A DNA stretch of 59,671 bases, the filler included. It is 4 parts of 4 records of this genome, joined end to end, with 100 filler letters (N's around TTAATTAATTAA, not from the genome) between each part and the next. Parts side by side here need not be neighbours in the genome. Positions count along the whole stretch, not along the records: positions 51,628 to 59,671 come from SRR2962707_1595; 3 more parts are not named here. One strand, given 5' to 3'. A model generated the notes under the pieces. It was not told the DNA's origin and searched no databases. It saw nothing but the letters and a program-made list of their open reading frames with translations. Each line of letters opens with the position of its first letter. Positions within the stretch are counted from its first letter, which is position 1. A program made the position numbers and the translations under genes. Positions 51,628 to 59,671 of the stretch are shown here, piece after piece.

Positions 51628-52284
51628 CATCGTGTCGATACGAATATCATTGGCGTCAATTCGGATATCAACGTCTTCGGCCTCAGGCAGAACCGCGACG
51701 GTTGCCGCCGAGGTGTGAATGCGTCCGCCAGATTCAGTGGTCGGCACCCGTTGTACCCGGTGCACACCAGACTCATATTTCAACCGAGCAAAAACATTCT
51801 GACCGGTGATGCGGGTAACCACCTCTTTGATTCCCCCGATTTCGGTCGCTTGCTCTTCGATTGTTTCAAGCTTCCAACCGCGGGCCTCTGCGTAGCGCGT
51901 GTACATGCGCAGCAAATCCGCTGCAAATAATGCCGCTTCATCGCCCCCCGTCCCCGGCCGAATTTCCAAAATCGCGGGCCGTGCGTCAGCCGAATCTTTC
52001 GGCAACAAGGAAAGCTGCAATTCATGTTCGGCCGTCGGCAAAGCTGCCTTGAGAACCGGCAACTCTTCTTCTGCCAATTCCCGCATATCCGGATCAGCCA
52101 TCATGATTTCGGCTTCGGCAATATCGTCAAGAAGCCGATGATAAGCGGAAATTTGATCAACGACAGGGCGTAATTCTGAATACTCTCGGCCAAGTGCGGC
52201 GATATCGCCGCCTCCCTGAGCCATCTGAGCCTCAAGATATTCGAACCGTTGGATGATTTGGGCGAGTTTGTCTGCTGGAACCAT
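51628..52284 (-). CDS. prfA: Peptide chain release factor 1, 3'-truncated
   Basis: [30 protein letters not shown] (PxT motif), [15 protein letters not shown]. Confidence 0.95.
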
Positions 52285-52415
52285 GTGGTTCTGTCCCTTA
52301 TCAAGCGCGCTTGGTCAAGAGGCAGCTTTCCTAAACATTGGCAACAGCGCATAATCTCCGCACTGAAAGATAAGAAAACTTCGCAAAACCAAAATCAATT
52401 TGCTATCATATACGA

Positions 52416-52709
52416 ATGCGACTCATGGCTTTGATATGCTTGGCGACTTGGGCATCGCCTGTTCTTTCCGACGTGTCATCCGGCGGAAAAACCATTGATT
52501 GTTTTTGCACCGACAAATCAGGAAGCCGGGTCGAACTTGGTCAATACATCTGTCTCGATGTAAACGGGCGTCAATTCATTGCTCAGTGCCAGATGTCTTT
52601 AAATGTCCCGATGTGGCGAGAGATCAGCAGCGGTTGCCCGTCATCGTCACTCCTGCCCCAAAGCATTGATCCAACTCTCAACACGAGCCTTGTTCACACC
52701 GGTATCTGA
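52416..52709 (+). CDS. Small Cys-rich exported hypothetical protein
   Basis: Signal-peptide-like N-terminus, then DCFC..G.RVELG..ICL.V.G......C.MSLNVPMWR....GC. Confidence 0.65.
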   Translation: MRLMALICLATWASPVLSDVSSGGKTIDCFCTDKSGSRVELGQYICLDVNGRQFIAQCQMSLNVPMWREISSGCPSSSLLPQSIDPTLNTSLVHTGI

Positions 52710-53081
52710 TGTTCCGAACCGCGAGCGTGACCAGATTTCAAGCGTGCCATCTTTTATTTGCAACGTGGCATAGTCAGGGAAGCCCATAGCCTTGCTTCTG
52801 GTCACATAAGTGACGTGGCCGCTACCAACGCTGCCAAACAATAGCTCAGTGCGAGGGGTTTCCAGAATGAGGGTATGAAGCCGCTCGAACAGACCATCCT
52901 CTAGCGGCAGTTTCCTGCGAACGCCGTTGGCATAGTCCTGATCAACCGTGACCATTGGATCAACATGCCAGCGGGTTTGGTCAGTCGGGGCGAACCGTAT
53001 CCAAGCCACACCGCCGACGGCGGCTATCGCCGCGAGAACAATCACCCAAATCAAAAAAGATCTACGCCTTTTGTTGCCCAA
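52647..53081 (-). CDS. DUF1499-like protein (start uncertain)
   Basis: N-terminal TM helix, WHVDP, RSKAMGFPDY, SRSRFGTSDTGVNKARV. Confidence 0.75.
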   Translation of the reverse strand: MGNKRRRSFLIWVIVLAAIAAVGGVAWIRFAPTDQTRWHVDPMVTVDQDYANGVRRKLPLEDGLFERLHTLILETPRTELLFGSVGSGHVTYVTRSKAMGFPDYATLQIKDGTLEIWSRSRFGTSDTGVNKARVESWINALGQE

Positions 53082-53142
53082 GTTCGTACCTGCCCCAAAA
53101 TTGGTCGTCCAAAGATTGAAAAGCTCAAAACGCGCGGGCGTT

Positions 53143-54105
53143 TTACGCTCGTCTTGTCCATCCGTATAAGCACAACAGCTCTGTCGCGACATGCGCCGCC
53201 GCGATGGCCGTGGCCCCTGTGGTATCAAAGGGCGGTGACACTTCGACGACATCGCCCCCCACCAAATTTATCCCTGCAATTTCTCTTAGAATTACAGCCG
53301 CTTGATGACTTGTCAGGCCACCCCAGACCGGCGTCCCGGTGCCCGGTGCATACGCAGGATCTAGGGCATCAATATCAAAAGTCAGGTAGCAAGGATGATC
53401 TGCGACCAGTTCTTTGACTTTTTGCGCGATGCCTTCCGGGCCAACCTTGTGCACTTCGCGGGCATCAAGAATGTGAAAACCAAGAGTATCTGGATTGTCG
53501 GTACGGATGCCGATCTGAACGGAACGTGACGGATCAACCAGCCCCAATTTCACGGCCTTGTACATAAATGTGCCGTGATCAATGCGGTCCATATCATCAT
53601 CGGCCCACGTATCGGAATGCGCATCGAACTGGATGACAGACAGCGGTCCGAACTTGGCCGCATAAGCCCGCAAGATCGGTAAGGTTATGAAATGATCGCC
53701 GCCTAAGGTAATCGTGCCCACATCCGCCGCCAGCATTGTCGCGATATGGTCCGTCACAGTTTGCGGAAAATCAGGGGTTTTTGCGTAGTCAAATGCAACA
53801 TCGCCATAATCAGCAATCGCAAATTCTGACAATACATCATACCCCCAACCATAAGGCGCATCACAGGGTTGGAGTAGAGACGCTTCGCGGATCGCGCGGG
53901 GGCCAAGCCGGGTTCCGGGCCGGTTCGTGACCGCCTGATCAAAGGGAATACCTGTCACCGCGACATCAACGCCGGTCAGATCTTTCGTGTATTTGCGACG
54001 CAAAAAGGATGCGGCCCCGCCAAAGACATTCTCAAAGCTTGGCCCCTTGAGATCTGTTCGCGTAAAGGCGTGATCCATTTGAGTTTTTGCATCTTCAAGC
54101 GCCAT
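53143..54105 (-). CDS. speB: Agmatinase (ureohydrolase family)
   Basis: RPGTRLGPRAIR, GGDH, FDAHSD, DIDALDPAYAPGTGTP, DVVEVSPPFD. Confidence 0.88.
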   Translation of the reverse strand: MALEDAKTQMDHAFTRTDLKGPSFENVFGGAASFLRRKYTKDLTGVDVAVTGIPFDQAVTNRPGTRLGPRAIREASLLQPCDAPYGWGYDVLSEFAIADYGDVAFDYAKTPDFPQTVTDHIATMLAADVGTITLGGDHFITLPILRAYAAKFGPLSVIQFDAHSDTWADDDMDRIDHGTFMYKAVKLGLVDPSRSVQIGIRTDNPDTLGFHILDAREVHKVGPEGIAQKVKELVADHPCYLTFDIDALDPAYAPGTGTPVWGGLTSHQAAVILREIAGINLVGGDVVEVSPPFDTTGATAIAAAHVATELLCLYGWTRRA

Positions 54106-54218
54106 TTTACAAACCTTTATTATGACTTACGCCACACAGCTCACTTAACTTTTCAAGTCAGTTTACCGATATACGCGAAAAAAGGCACCACTAATCGCCT
54201 CAGTGAAGCCGATAAATT

Positions 54219-55385
54219 TCAAGAGCGCAAGACATTCCGTCGCTCGATCAAGCGCGCAAAGAACGAGGCGCCAATCGGTGAGGCATCATCGTTGAAATCA
54301 AAGGCAGGATGATGCACAGACGGGCCAATGCCTTGCCCCAGATACAAGAAAGCGCCCGGCCGTTTCTGCAGCATGTAAGAGAAATCCTCAGACCACATCT
54401 CTGGCTCCATTTCAGCGATAACCCGGTCGTCGCCGACCACGTCTAGCGCCACGTCTACGGCAAATCGGGCCTGAGCAGCGTGATTGATCGTTGGGGGGTA
54501 GCTGCGTTCATAGGCAATTTGCCCGACAACTCCATAGGCCGCAGAGACACCCTTCAATATGCCGCGAATGCGCTGCTCTACCACATCGCGCAACCCTTCG
54601 TCAAAACATCGCACAGTTCCGGCGAGGTCGGCAGTTTCAGGAATAATGTTCGAAGCTGATCCTGCATGTATCTGCGTCAACGTTACAACCAGCGGCTTAT
54701 GCGGCTCTGAAAGATGCCCCGGCAGGGCCTGAAGCGCCTGACCAATCGCCAAAGCGCAAGGGATCGGGTCGACACAGGCCGAGGGAAATGCCGCATGTCC
54801 CCCCTTGCCCGTCAACGTTATCTCAAAATCGTCAACAGCGGCCATTAGGGCACCGGATGCCGTCGAAATTGTGCCCAGCGGTGTTTTTGAATCGGTATGG
54901 AGCGCAAAGACTTCTTCAATCGCAAAGCGCTCCATGATGCCTTCTTCCACCATGATCCGCCCACCGCCGATGGCTTCTTCGGCGGGCTGAAAGATCAGCG
55001 CAACCGTTCCGGCAAAGTTTCGGGTTTCTGCCAGATATCGCGCCGCGCCCAATAACATTGTTGTGTGGCCGTCATGTCCACAGGCGTGCATCTGCCCCGG
55101 AACACACGACGCCCACTCTGCTCCTGTTTGCTCTTCGATAGGCAACGCATCCATATCGGCCCTTAATCCTGTCACCGGTCCCTTACCGCGGCCCTTGATC
55201 AACGCCACGACACCAGTGGTCGCTATGCCTTCATGAATTTCGTCGACACCAAATTCCTTAAGCCGCGCCACGACAAAGCCGGCTGTCTTGTGACAGTCCA
55301 AGGCCAACTCTGGGTTTTGGTGAAGATGGCGCCGCCACGCAGTCATATCAGCGGCAAACTCAGCGATACGGTTGATCACAGGCAC
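54219..55385 (-). CDS. M20D amidohydrolase (hippurate hydrolase-like)
   Basis: AAGGAG RBS before GTG 55385; RRHLHQNPEL, LRADMDALP, MHACGHDGH, FQPAEE, SEDF. Confidence 0.9.
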   Translation of the reverse strand: MPVINRIAEFAADMTAWRRHLHQNPELALDCHKTAGFVVARLKEFGVDEIHEGIATTGVVALIKGRGKGPVTGLRADMDALPIEEQTGAEWASCVPGQMHACGHDGHTTMLLGAARYLAETRNFAGTVALIFQPAEEAIGGGRIMVEEGIMERFAIEEVFALHTDSKTPLGTISTASGALMAAVDDFEITLTGKGGHAAFPSACVDPIPCALAIGQALQALPGHLSEPHKPLVVTLTQIHAGSASNIIPETADLAGTVRCFDEGLRDVVEQRIRGILKGVSAAYGVVGQIAYERSYPPTINHAAQARFAVDVALDVVGDDRVIAEMEPEMWSEDFSYMLQKRPGAFLYLGQGIGPSVHHPAFDFNDDASPIGASFFARLIERRNVLRS

Positions 55386-55449
55386 GGCTGGACTCCTTAA
55401 GCACAATGTCTCATCCCTTCTTTGTGACCACGAACAAGAGGCCTGTGCA

Positions 55450-56250
55450 ATGAGTGATCTGATACATGATGAAAAAGGAGGCATGCCCCGCCTTCTTGCG
55501 ATAATGAAAGCCTTGCGCGATCCAAAGACCGGATGCCCTTGGGACATTGAACAGGATTTCGGTACCATTGCCCCCTATACGATTGAAGAAGCCTATGAAG
55601 TCGCGGATGCAATTGAGCGCGAGGCTTGGGATGAACTGAAGGGTGAATTGGGCGACCTTCTGTTTCAATCGGTTTTCCACGCACAAATGGCGGATGAAGC
55701 CGGACTGTTTAATTTCGACGATGTTGCAAATGCCATTTCCGACAAGATGGTGTCTCGCCACCCCCATGTGTTTGGCGACGAATCGCGGGATAAATCGGCC
55801 GGCCAGCAGGTGTTGGATTGGGACAAGGTCAAGGCGGCAGAGCGCGCCGCAAAACAACAAACCGGTGTGTTGGACGGTGTCGCCATGGGTCTTCCTGCCT
55901 TGATGCGGGCAATAAAATTGCAAAACCGAGCGGCCCGTGTCGGCTTTGACTGGCCCGAAACGGATATGGTGATCGATAAGGTTGTCGAAGAGGCGCAGGA
56001 GCTGCGCGAAGCAACCGACAAAGCGCATCAAGAAGAAGAATTTGGTGACCTAATGTTCGTTATGGCCAATCTGGCCCGCCATTTGGACATTGATCCCGAG
56101 GCCGCTTTACGTGGCGCCAATGCCAAGTTTACCCGCCGGTTTGGCGCGATCGAGGCCGCGTTGGCCGCGAAAAACAGCTCTCCTGAGCAAAGTACCTTGG
56201 AAGAAATGGACGCGCTTTGGGATGCTGCGAAGCTGGTGGAGAAAAGCTGA
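55450..56250 (+). CDS. mazG: Nucleoside triphosphate pyrophosphohydrolase
   Basis: LRDP..GCPWD, IEEAYEV, ELGDLL, RHPHVF, EEFGDL, ANAKF.RRF. Confidence 0.93.
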   Translation: MSDLIHDEKGGMPRLLAIMKALRDPKTGCPWDIEQDFGTIAPYTIEEAYEVADAIEREAWDELKGELGDLLFQSVFHAQMADEAGLFNFDDVANAISDKMVSRHPHVFGDESRDKSAGQQVLDWDKVKAAERAAKQQTGVLDGVAMGLPALMRAIKLQNRAARVGFDWPETDMVIDKVVEEAQELREATDKAHQEEEFGDLMFVMANLARHLDIDPEAALRGANAKFTRRFGAIEAALAAKNSSPEQSTLEEMDALWDAAKLVEKS

Positions 56251-56270
56251 TTAAAACGTTCAGGTATTGA

Positions 56271-56289
56271 CCTGACTGTTTTAGTCGGA
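56271..56289. promoter_or_regulatory. Iron-Rhodo-box-like operator upstream of futA
   Basis: CCTGACTGTTTTAGTCGGA (GACT-N5-AGTC core) overlapping a TTGACC -35-like hexamer, 43 nt before ATG. Confidence 0.7.
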
Positions 56290-56331
56290 ATATAGAGATT
56301 GCAAATCAATCGCAGTTCCACGGAGCCTGAC

Positions 56332-57336
56332 ATGAAGACCCGCATGACCACCGCCCTGATCGCATTGTGCGCCGCATCCCCCGCTTTGGCACAGGACGTA
56401 AACGTTTATTCCTATCGCCAACCCGAGTTGATCGCGCCCCTCACTGACGCGTTTACTGCCGAGACCGGTATCAACGTAAATGTTGCTTACTTGGAAAAAG
56501 GCATGGTCGAACGTCTGAAAGCAGAGGGCAGCCGCTCTCCTGCGGATGTGGTTTTGACAGTCGATATTTCGCGGTTGGCCTCTGTTGTGAACGCAGGCGT
56601 CACACAGCCCGTTTCGACCGAGACATTGCTGGCTAACGTGCCTTCAGAATATCGGGACCCAGACGGGAACTGGTTTGGTCTGACCACCCGCGCCCGCGTG
56701 ATCTATGCGTCCAAGGACCGTGTCGCCGAAGGCGAAGTAACGACATACGAAGATCTTGCAGATCCGAAATGGGAAGGCCGCATTTGTACCCGTTCCGGGA
56801 CACATGCCTATAACGTCGCCCTGACGGCGGCGATGATTCATCACCACGGTGAAGATGGTGCGAAAACTTGGCTAGAAGGTGTTAAGTCCAATCTGGCGCG
56901 CAAGCCACAAGGCAACGACCGCGCGCAGGTTAAGGCCATTTGGGCCGGCGAATGTGACATTGCCGTAGGCAACACCTACTACATGGGCAAAATGCTAGCA
57001 GACCCGGATCAGCAAGCTTGGGCTAACTCGGTCAATATCGTTTTCCCAACCTTTGAAGATGCCGGAACCCACGTGAATATCTCTGGTGTTGCATTGACCA
57101 AGTCCGCGCCCAACAAAGAGAATGGCATTAAGTTGATGGAATTCCTGACGTCTCCAAAGGCACAGGAAATCTATGCCGAAGCCAACTTCGAATATCCAAT
57201 CGGCCCCGGCACAGAGGCCATCAGCCTTGTTCAGGGTTGGGGCAGCTTTACCGCAGACGACGTCAACCTGATGACGTTGGCCGGTCAGCGCCCTGCTGCA
57301 TTGCGCCTGACCGAAGAAGTCGATTTCGACGGTTAA
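56332..57336 (+). CDS. futA: Fe(III) ABC transporter substrate-binding protein (FutA/FbpA-like)
   Basis: Signal peptide, VYSYRQ, EG..SPADV, WFGLTTRAR, PQGNDRAQ, NTYY, HVNISG. Confidence 0.88.
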   Translation: MKTRMTTALIALCAASPALAQDVNVYSYRQPELIAPLTDAFTAETGINVNVAYLEKGMVERLKAEGSRSPADVVLTVDISRLASVVNAGVTQPVSTETLLANVPSEYRDPDGNWFGLTTRARVIYASKDRVAEGEVTTYEDLADPKWEGRICTRSGTHAYNVALTAAMIHHHGEDGAKTWLEGVKSNLARKPQGNDRAQVKAIWAGECDIAVGNTYYMGKMLADPDQQAWANSVNIVFPTFEDAGTHVNISGVALTKSAPNKENGIKLMEFLTSPKAQEIYAEANFEYPIGPGTEAISLVQGWGSFTADDVNLMTLAGQRPAALRLTEEVDFDG

Positions 57337-57353
57337 GTTAAGTGACCTAATGA

Positions 57354-57380
57354 CACGGGTCGGTTTCTTGCCGACCCGTG
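57354..57380 (+). terminator. Hairpin after futA
   Basis: Perfect 10-bp stem CACGGGTCGG-N7-CCGACCCGTG; weak U-tract. Confidence 0.55.
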
Positions 57381-57450
57381 CAGCTTTACTTGATCCCAGC
57401 GCATTGCCGTGTCAGTCCTTTGTGGACGTAACACAGACAAGGATGCGCCT

Positions 57451-58392
57451 ATGCCCCCCCGCAAGATCATCATTGATACCGACCCCGGTCAGGACGACGC
57501 GGTTGCCATCTTGTTGGCACTTGGTTCACCTCAAGAAGTTGAGCTTTTGGGCATCACGGCTGTGGCTGGAAACGTCCCGCTGCCTCTTACCGAAAAGAAC
57601 GCACGTATCGTTTGTGAATTGGCGGACCGGCCCGAGATCAAAGTCTTTGCCGGCTGCGATGCACCGATAAAGCGCAAGCTTGTCACCGCAGAGCATGTAC
57701 ACGGGAAAACCGGGCTCGATGGCCCGACACTGCCAGACCCGGTTATGCCTTTACAAGAACAGCACGGCGTGGATTTCATAATCGACACAGTGCGCGCAGA
57801 GGCATCGGGCAGCGTGACACTGTGCCCCTTGGGGCCTCTGACCAATGTTGCTGCGGCGTTGCAAAAAGCCCCCGACATTGCGGAAAAGATCCAGGAAATT
57901 GTTCTGATGGGCGGCGCCTATTTCGAAGTTGGGAACATCACACCCGCCGCAGAATTCAACATTTACGTCGATCCGGAAGCCGCTGAAGTTGTTTTTAAAT
58001 CTGGCATCCCTATCACAGTCATGCCACTGGATGTCACGCATAAGGCCCTTGTCACGACAGAGCGCAACAACGCCTTTCGGGCCATTGGGAGCAAAGTCGG
58101 CGTGGCCGTTGCAGAAATGACCGAGTTTTTTGAACGGTTCGATAAGGAAAAATACGGGAGCGCCGGTGCCCCTTTGCATGATCCTTGCGTCATCGCTTAT
58201 CTCGTCCGACCCGAATTATTCAAAGGACGTCATATCAACGTCGAGATTGAAACCCAGTCAGAGCTGACTTTGGGTATGACTGTTGCCGATTGGTGGGGGG
58301 TCTCGGGCCGCCCGGCCAATGCCACCTTTATGGGGGATCTTGATGCCGATGGGTTCTTTGGGCTTTTGACAGAACGTTTGGCCCGGTTGTGA
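57451..58392 (+). CDS. Inosine-uridine preferring nucleoside hydrolase
   Basis: DTDPGQDDA, VHGKTGL, GPLTN, AEFNIYVDP, LHDP. Confidence 0.92.
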   Translation: MPPRKIIIDTDPGQDDAVAILLALGSPQEVELLGITAVAGNVPLPLTEKNARIVCELADRPEIKVFAGCDAPIKRKLVTAEHVHGKTGLDGPTLPDPVMPLQEQHGVDFIIDTVRAEASGSVTLCPLGPLTNVAAALQKAPDIAEKIQEIVLMGGAYFEVGNITPAAEFNIYVDPEAAEVVFKSGIPITVMPLDVTHKALVTTERNNAFRAIGSKVGVAVAEMTEFFERFDKEKYGSAGAPLHDPCVIAYLVRPELFKGRHINVEIETQSELTLGMTVADWWGVSGRPANATFMGDLDADGFFGLLTERLARL

Positions 58393-58838
58393 AAATGCTA
58401 CAGCTGGCCACTCCAGAAGATTTGCCGCGTTTGCTGCCGCTGGTAGGCGCGTTTCATCAAGAAATGGGCTTCGGCACCGACGTCACGCATCAGGAAAACG
58501 CGGTAATCCCATTGTTGGAAGGCTCGCCCTATGGGGCGATCTGGCTGATAGGTCCACGAAAAGCCCCTGTTGGCTATATTGCCGTAACCTTCGGCTGGTC
58601 GATCGAATTTGGCGGTTTGGATGGCATCGTCGATGAGCTTTTCATCCGCCCAACGGTTCGCGGGCGTGGGATGGGGTCAGAGGCGCTGAATGGCCTATCT
58701 CTCGCACTGAGAGACAACGGCGTTCGCGCATTGCACCTTGAGGTGAAGCGCGACGACATCAGCACTCAGCGCTTTTACACCCGGGCAAAATTTGCCAGCC
58801 GCGAGACCTATATGTTTATGTCACTGGTCCTGAAGTAA
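58389..58838 (+). CDS. GNAT family N-acetyltransferase
   Basis: WSIEFGG..VDELFI...RGRGMG and LHLEV motifs; GTGA overlap with the previous gene. Confidence 0.82.
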   Translation: MKMLQLATPEDLPRLLPLVGAFHQEMGFGTDVTHQENAVIPLLEGSPYGAIWLIGPRKAPVGYIAVTFGWSIEFGGLDGIVDELFIRPTVRGRGMGSEALNGLSLALRDNGVRALHLEVKRDDISTQRFYTRAKFASRETYMFMSLVLK

Positions 58839-58902
58839 GGCGGCCACGATCCGAGGTCGCGAAAGGGTAGCAACCTCCTGTCACACAACCTATATCTTGG
58901 AC

Positions 58903-59671
58903 ATGACATTACACATCCCCTTCGACAATAGTTTCGCGGCAATGCCGGACGGCTTTTTCGCCAGACAAGCGCCGACCCCGGTCAGTGATCCATCGCTCAT
59001 TGCGTTCAATCATCAACTGGCTGAATTGCTTGGCATAAGTGGCACGGACGATCCAAGTCTGGCTGCGATGTTTGGCGGCAATGCAGTGCCTGACGGCGCG
59101 ATGCCTTTGGCGCAGCTCTATGCGGGTCATCAGTTCGGCCAGTTCAATCCGCAACTTGGCGACGGCAGAGCGATTTTGCTGGGAGAAACCGTTGGCACAG
59201 ACGGCATACGGCGAGACATTCAGTTAAAGGGTTCAGGACGCACGCCTTTTTCGCGCAATGGTGATGGACGGGCCTGGTTGGGTCCGGTGTTGCGGGAATA
59301 TGTTGTCAGCGAAGCGATGCATGCGCTTGGTGTTCCAACGACCCGCGCTTTGGCAGCGGTCCGCACTGGCGATGTGGTTTACCGCGAGCATGGCCTGCCC
59401 GGCGCCGTTTTGACCCGCGTGGCTCAAAGCCACTTGCGCGTCGGAACCTTCCAGATTTTTGCCGCCCGGCAAGACTATGACGCTTTGCGTCAGTTGATGG
59501 ACTATGCCATTGCGCGCCATTACCCCGAGGCAACAAATCCGTCAGAGTTCCTACGGGCCGTCATGACAGAGCAAGCCAAGCTCGTCGTCCATTGGCTAAG
59601 CCTGGGCTTTATCCATGGCGTGATGAACACCGACAATTGCGCGATTTCCGGCGAGACCATCGATTACGGGC
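58903..59671 (+). CDS. selO: Protein adenylyltransferase SelO/YdiU, runs off the window
   Basis: Manual translation (not in the ORF track): [11 protein letters not shown]...[34 protein letters not shown]...[18 protein letters not shown]. Confidence 0.92.
   Translation, partial: MTLHIPFDNSFAAMPDGFFARQAPTPVSDPSLIAFNHQLAELLGISGTDDPSLAAMFGGNAVPDGAMPLAQLYAGHQFGQFNPQLGDGRAILLGETVGTDGIRRDIQLKGSGRTPFSRNGDGRAWLGPVLREYVVSEAMHALGVPTTRALAAVRTGDVVYREHGLPGAVLTRVAQSHLRVGTFQIFAARQDYDALRQLMDYAIARHYPEATNPSEFLRAVMTEQAKLVVHWLSLGFIHGVMNTDNCAISGETIDYG

Noticed and set aside
55450..56250. mazG (and sfsA at 24043) as anti-phage defence genes
   Set aside because: Both are the ordinary housekeeping forms in core gene context with no defence-island neighbours

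Overview
This is not one contiguous locus. It is four contigs joined by artificial 100-nt N spacers that carry TTAATTAATTAA (1-29459, 29560-40711, 40812-51527, 51628-59671). Contigs 1 and 4 read as Roseobacter-group (Rhodobacteraceae) core genome: soeABC, dapA, slt, a split mnmC-like pair, ada/ogt, a standalone Hint protein, nth, purU, rppH, fadH, sfsA, map, psd-pssA, rsmD, prfA, speB, mazG, futA and selO. Contig 2 looks like a different organism (Hyphomicrobiales-like). It carries a sugar ABC transporter, otsBA, an atypical receiver gene divergent from a membrane-anchored wHTH/TPR regulator, acuI-pccB-pccA, and two copies of a ~105-bp palindromic intergenic element. Contig 3 holds a palindrome-bounded Rid/NTF2/ftrA module and a siderophore-type uptake locus (TonB, two ExbD, ExbB, receptor, ABC transporter), in which one ExbD has Asn at the normally essential Asp. 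No CRISPR array, rRNA, tRNA, transposase, integrase or phage gene was recognised. I found no clearly new large system. The best leads are the Asp/Asn ExbD pair, the divergent receiver/one-component regulator locus next to otsBA, the Cys-less Hint protein, the split MnmC pair and the small repeat elements. All calls rest on visual motif recognition; no searches were run.
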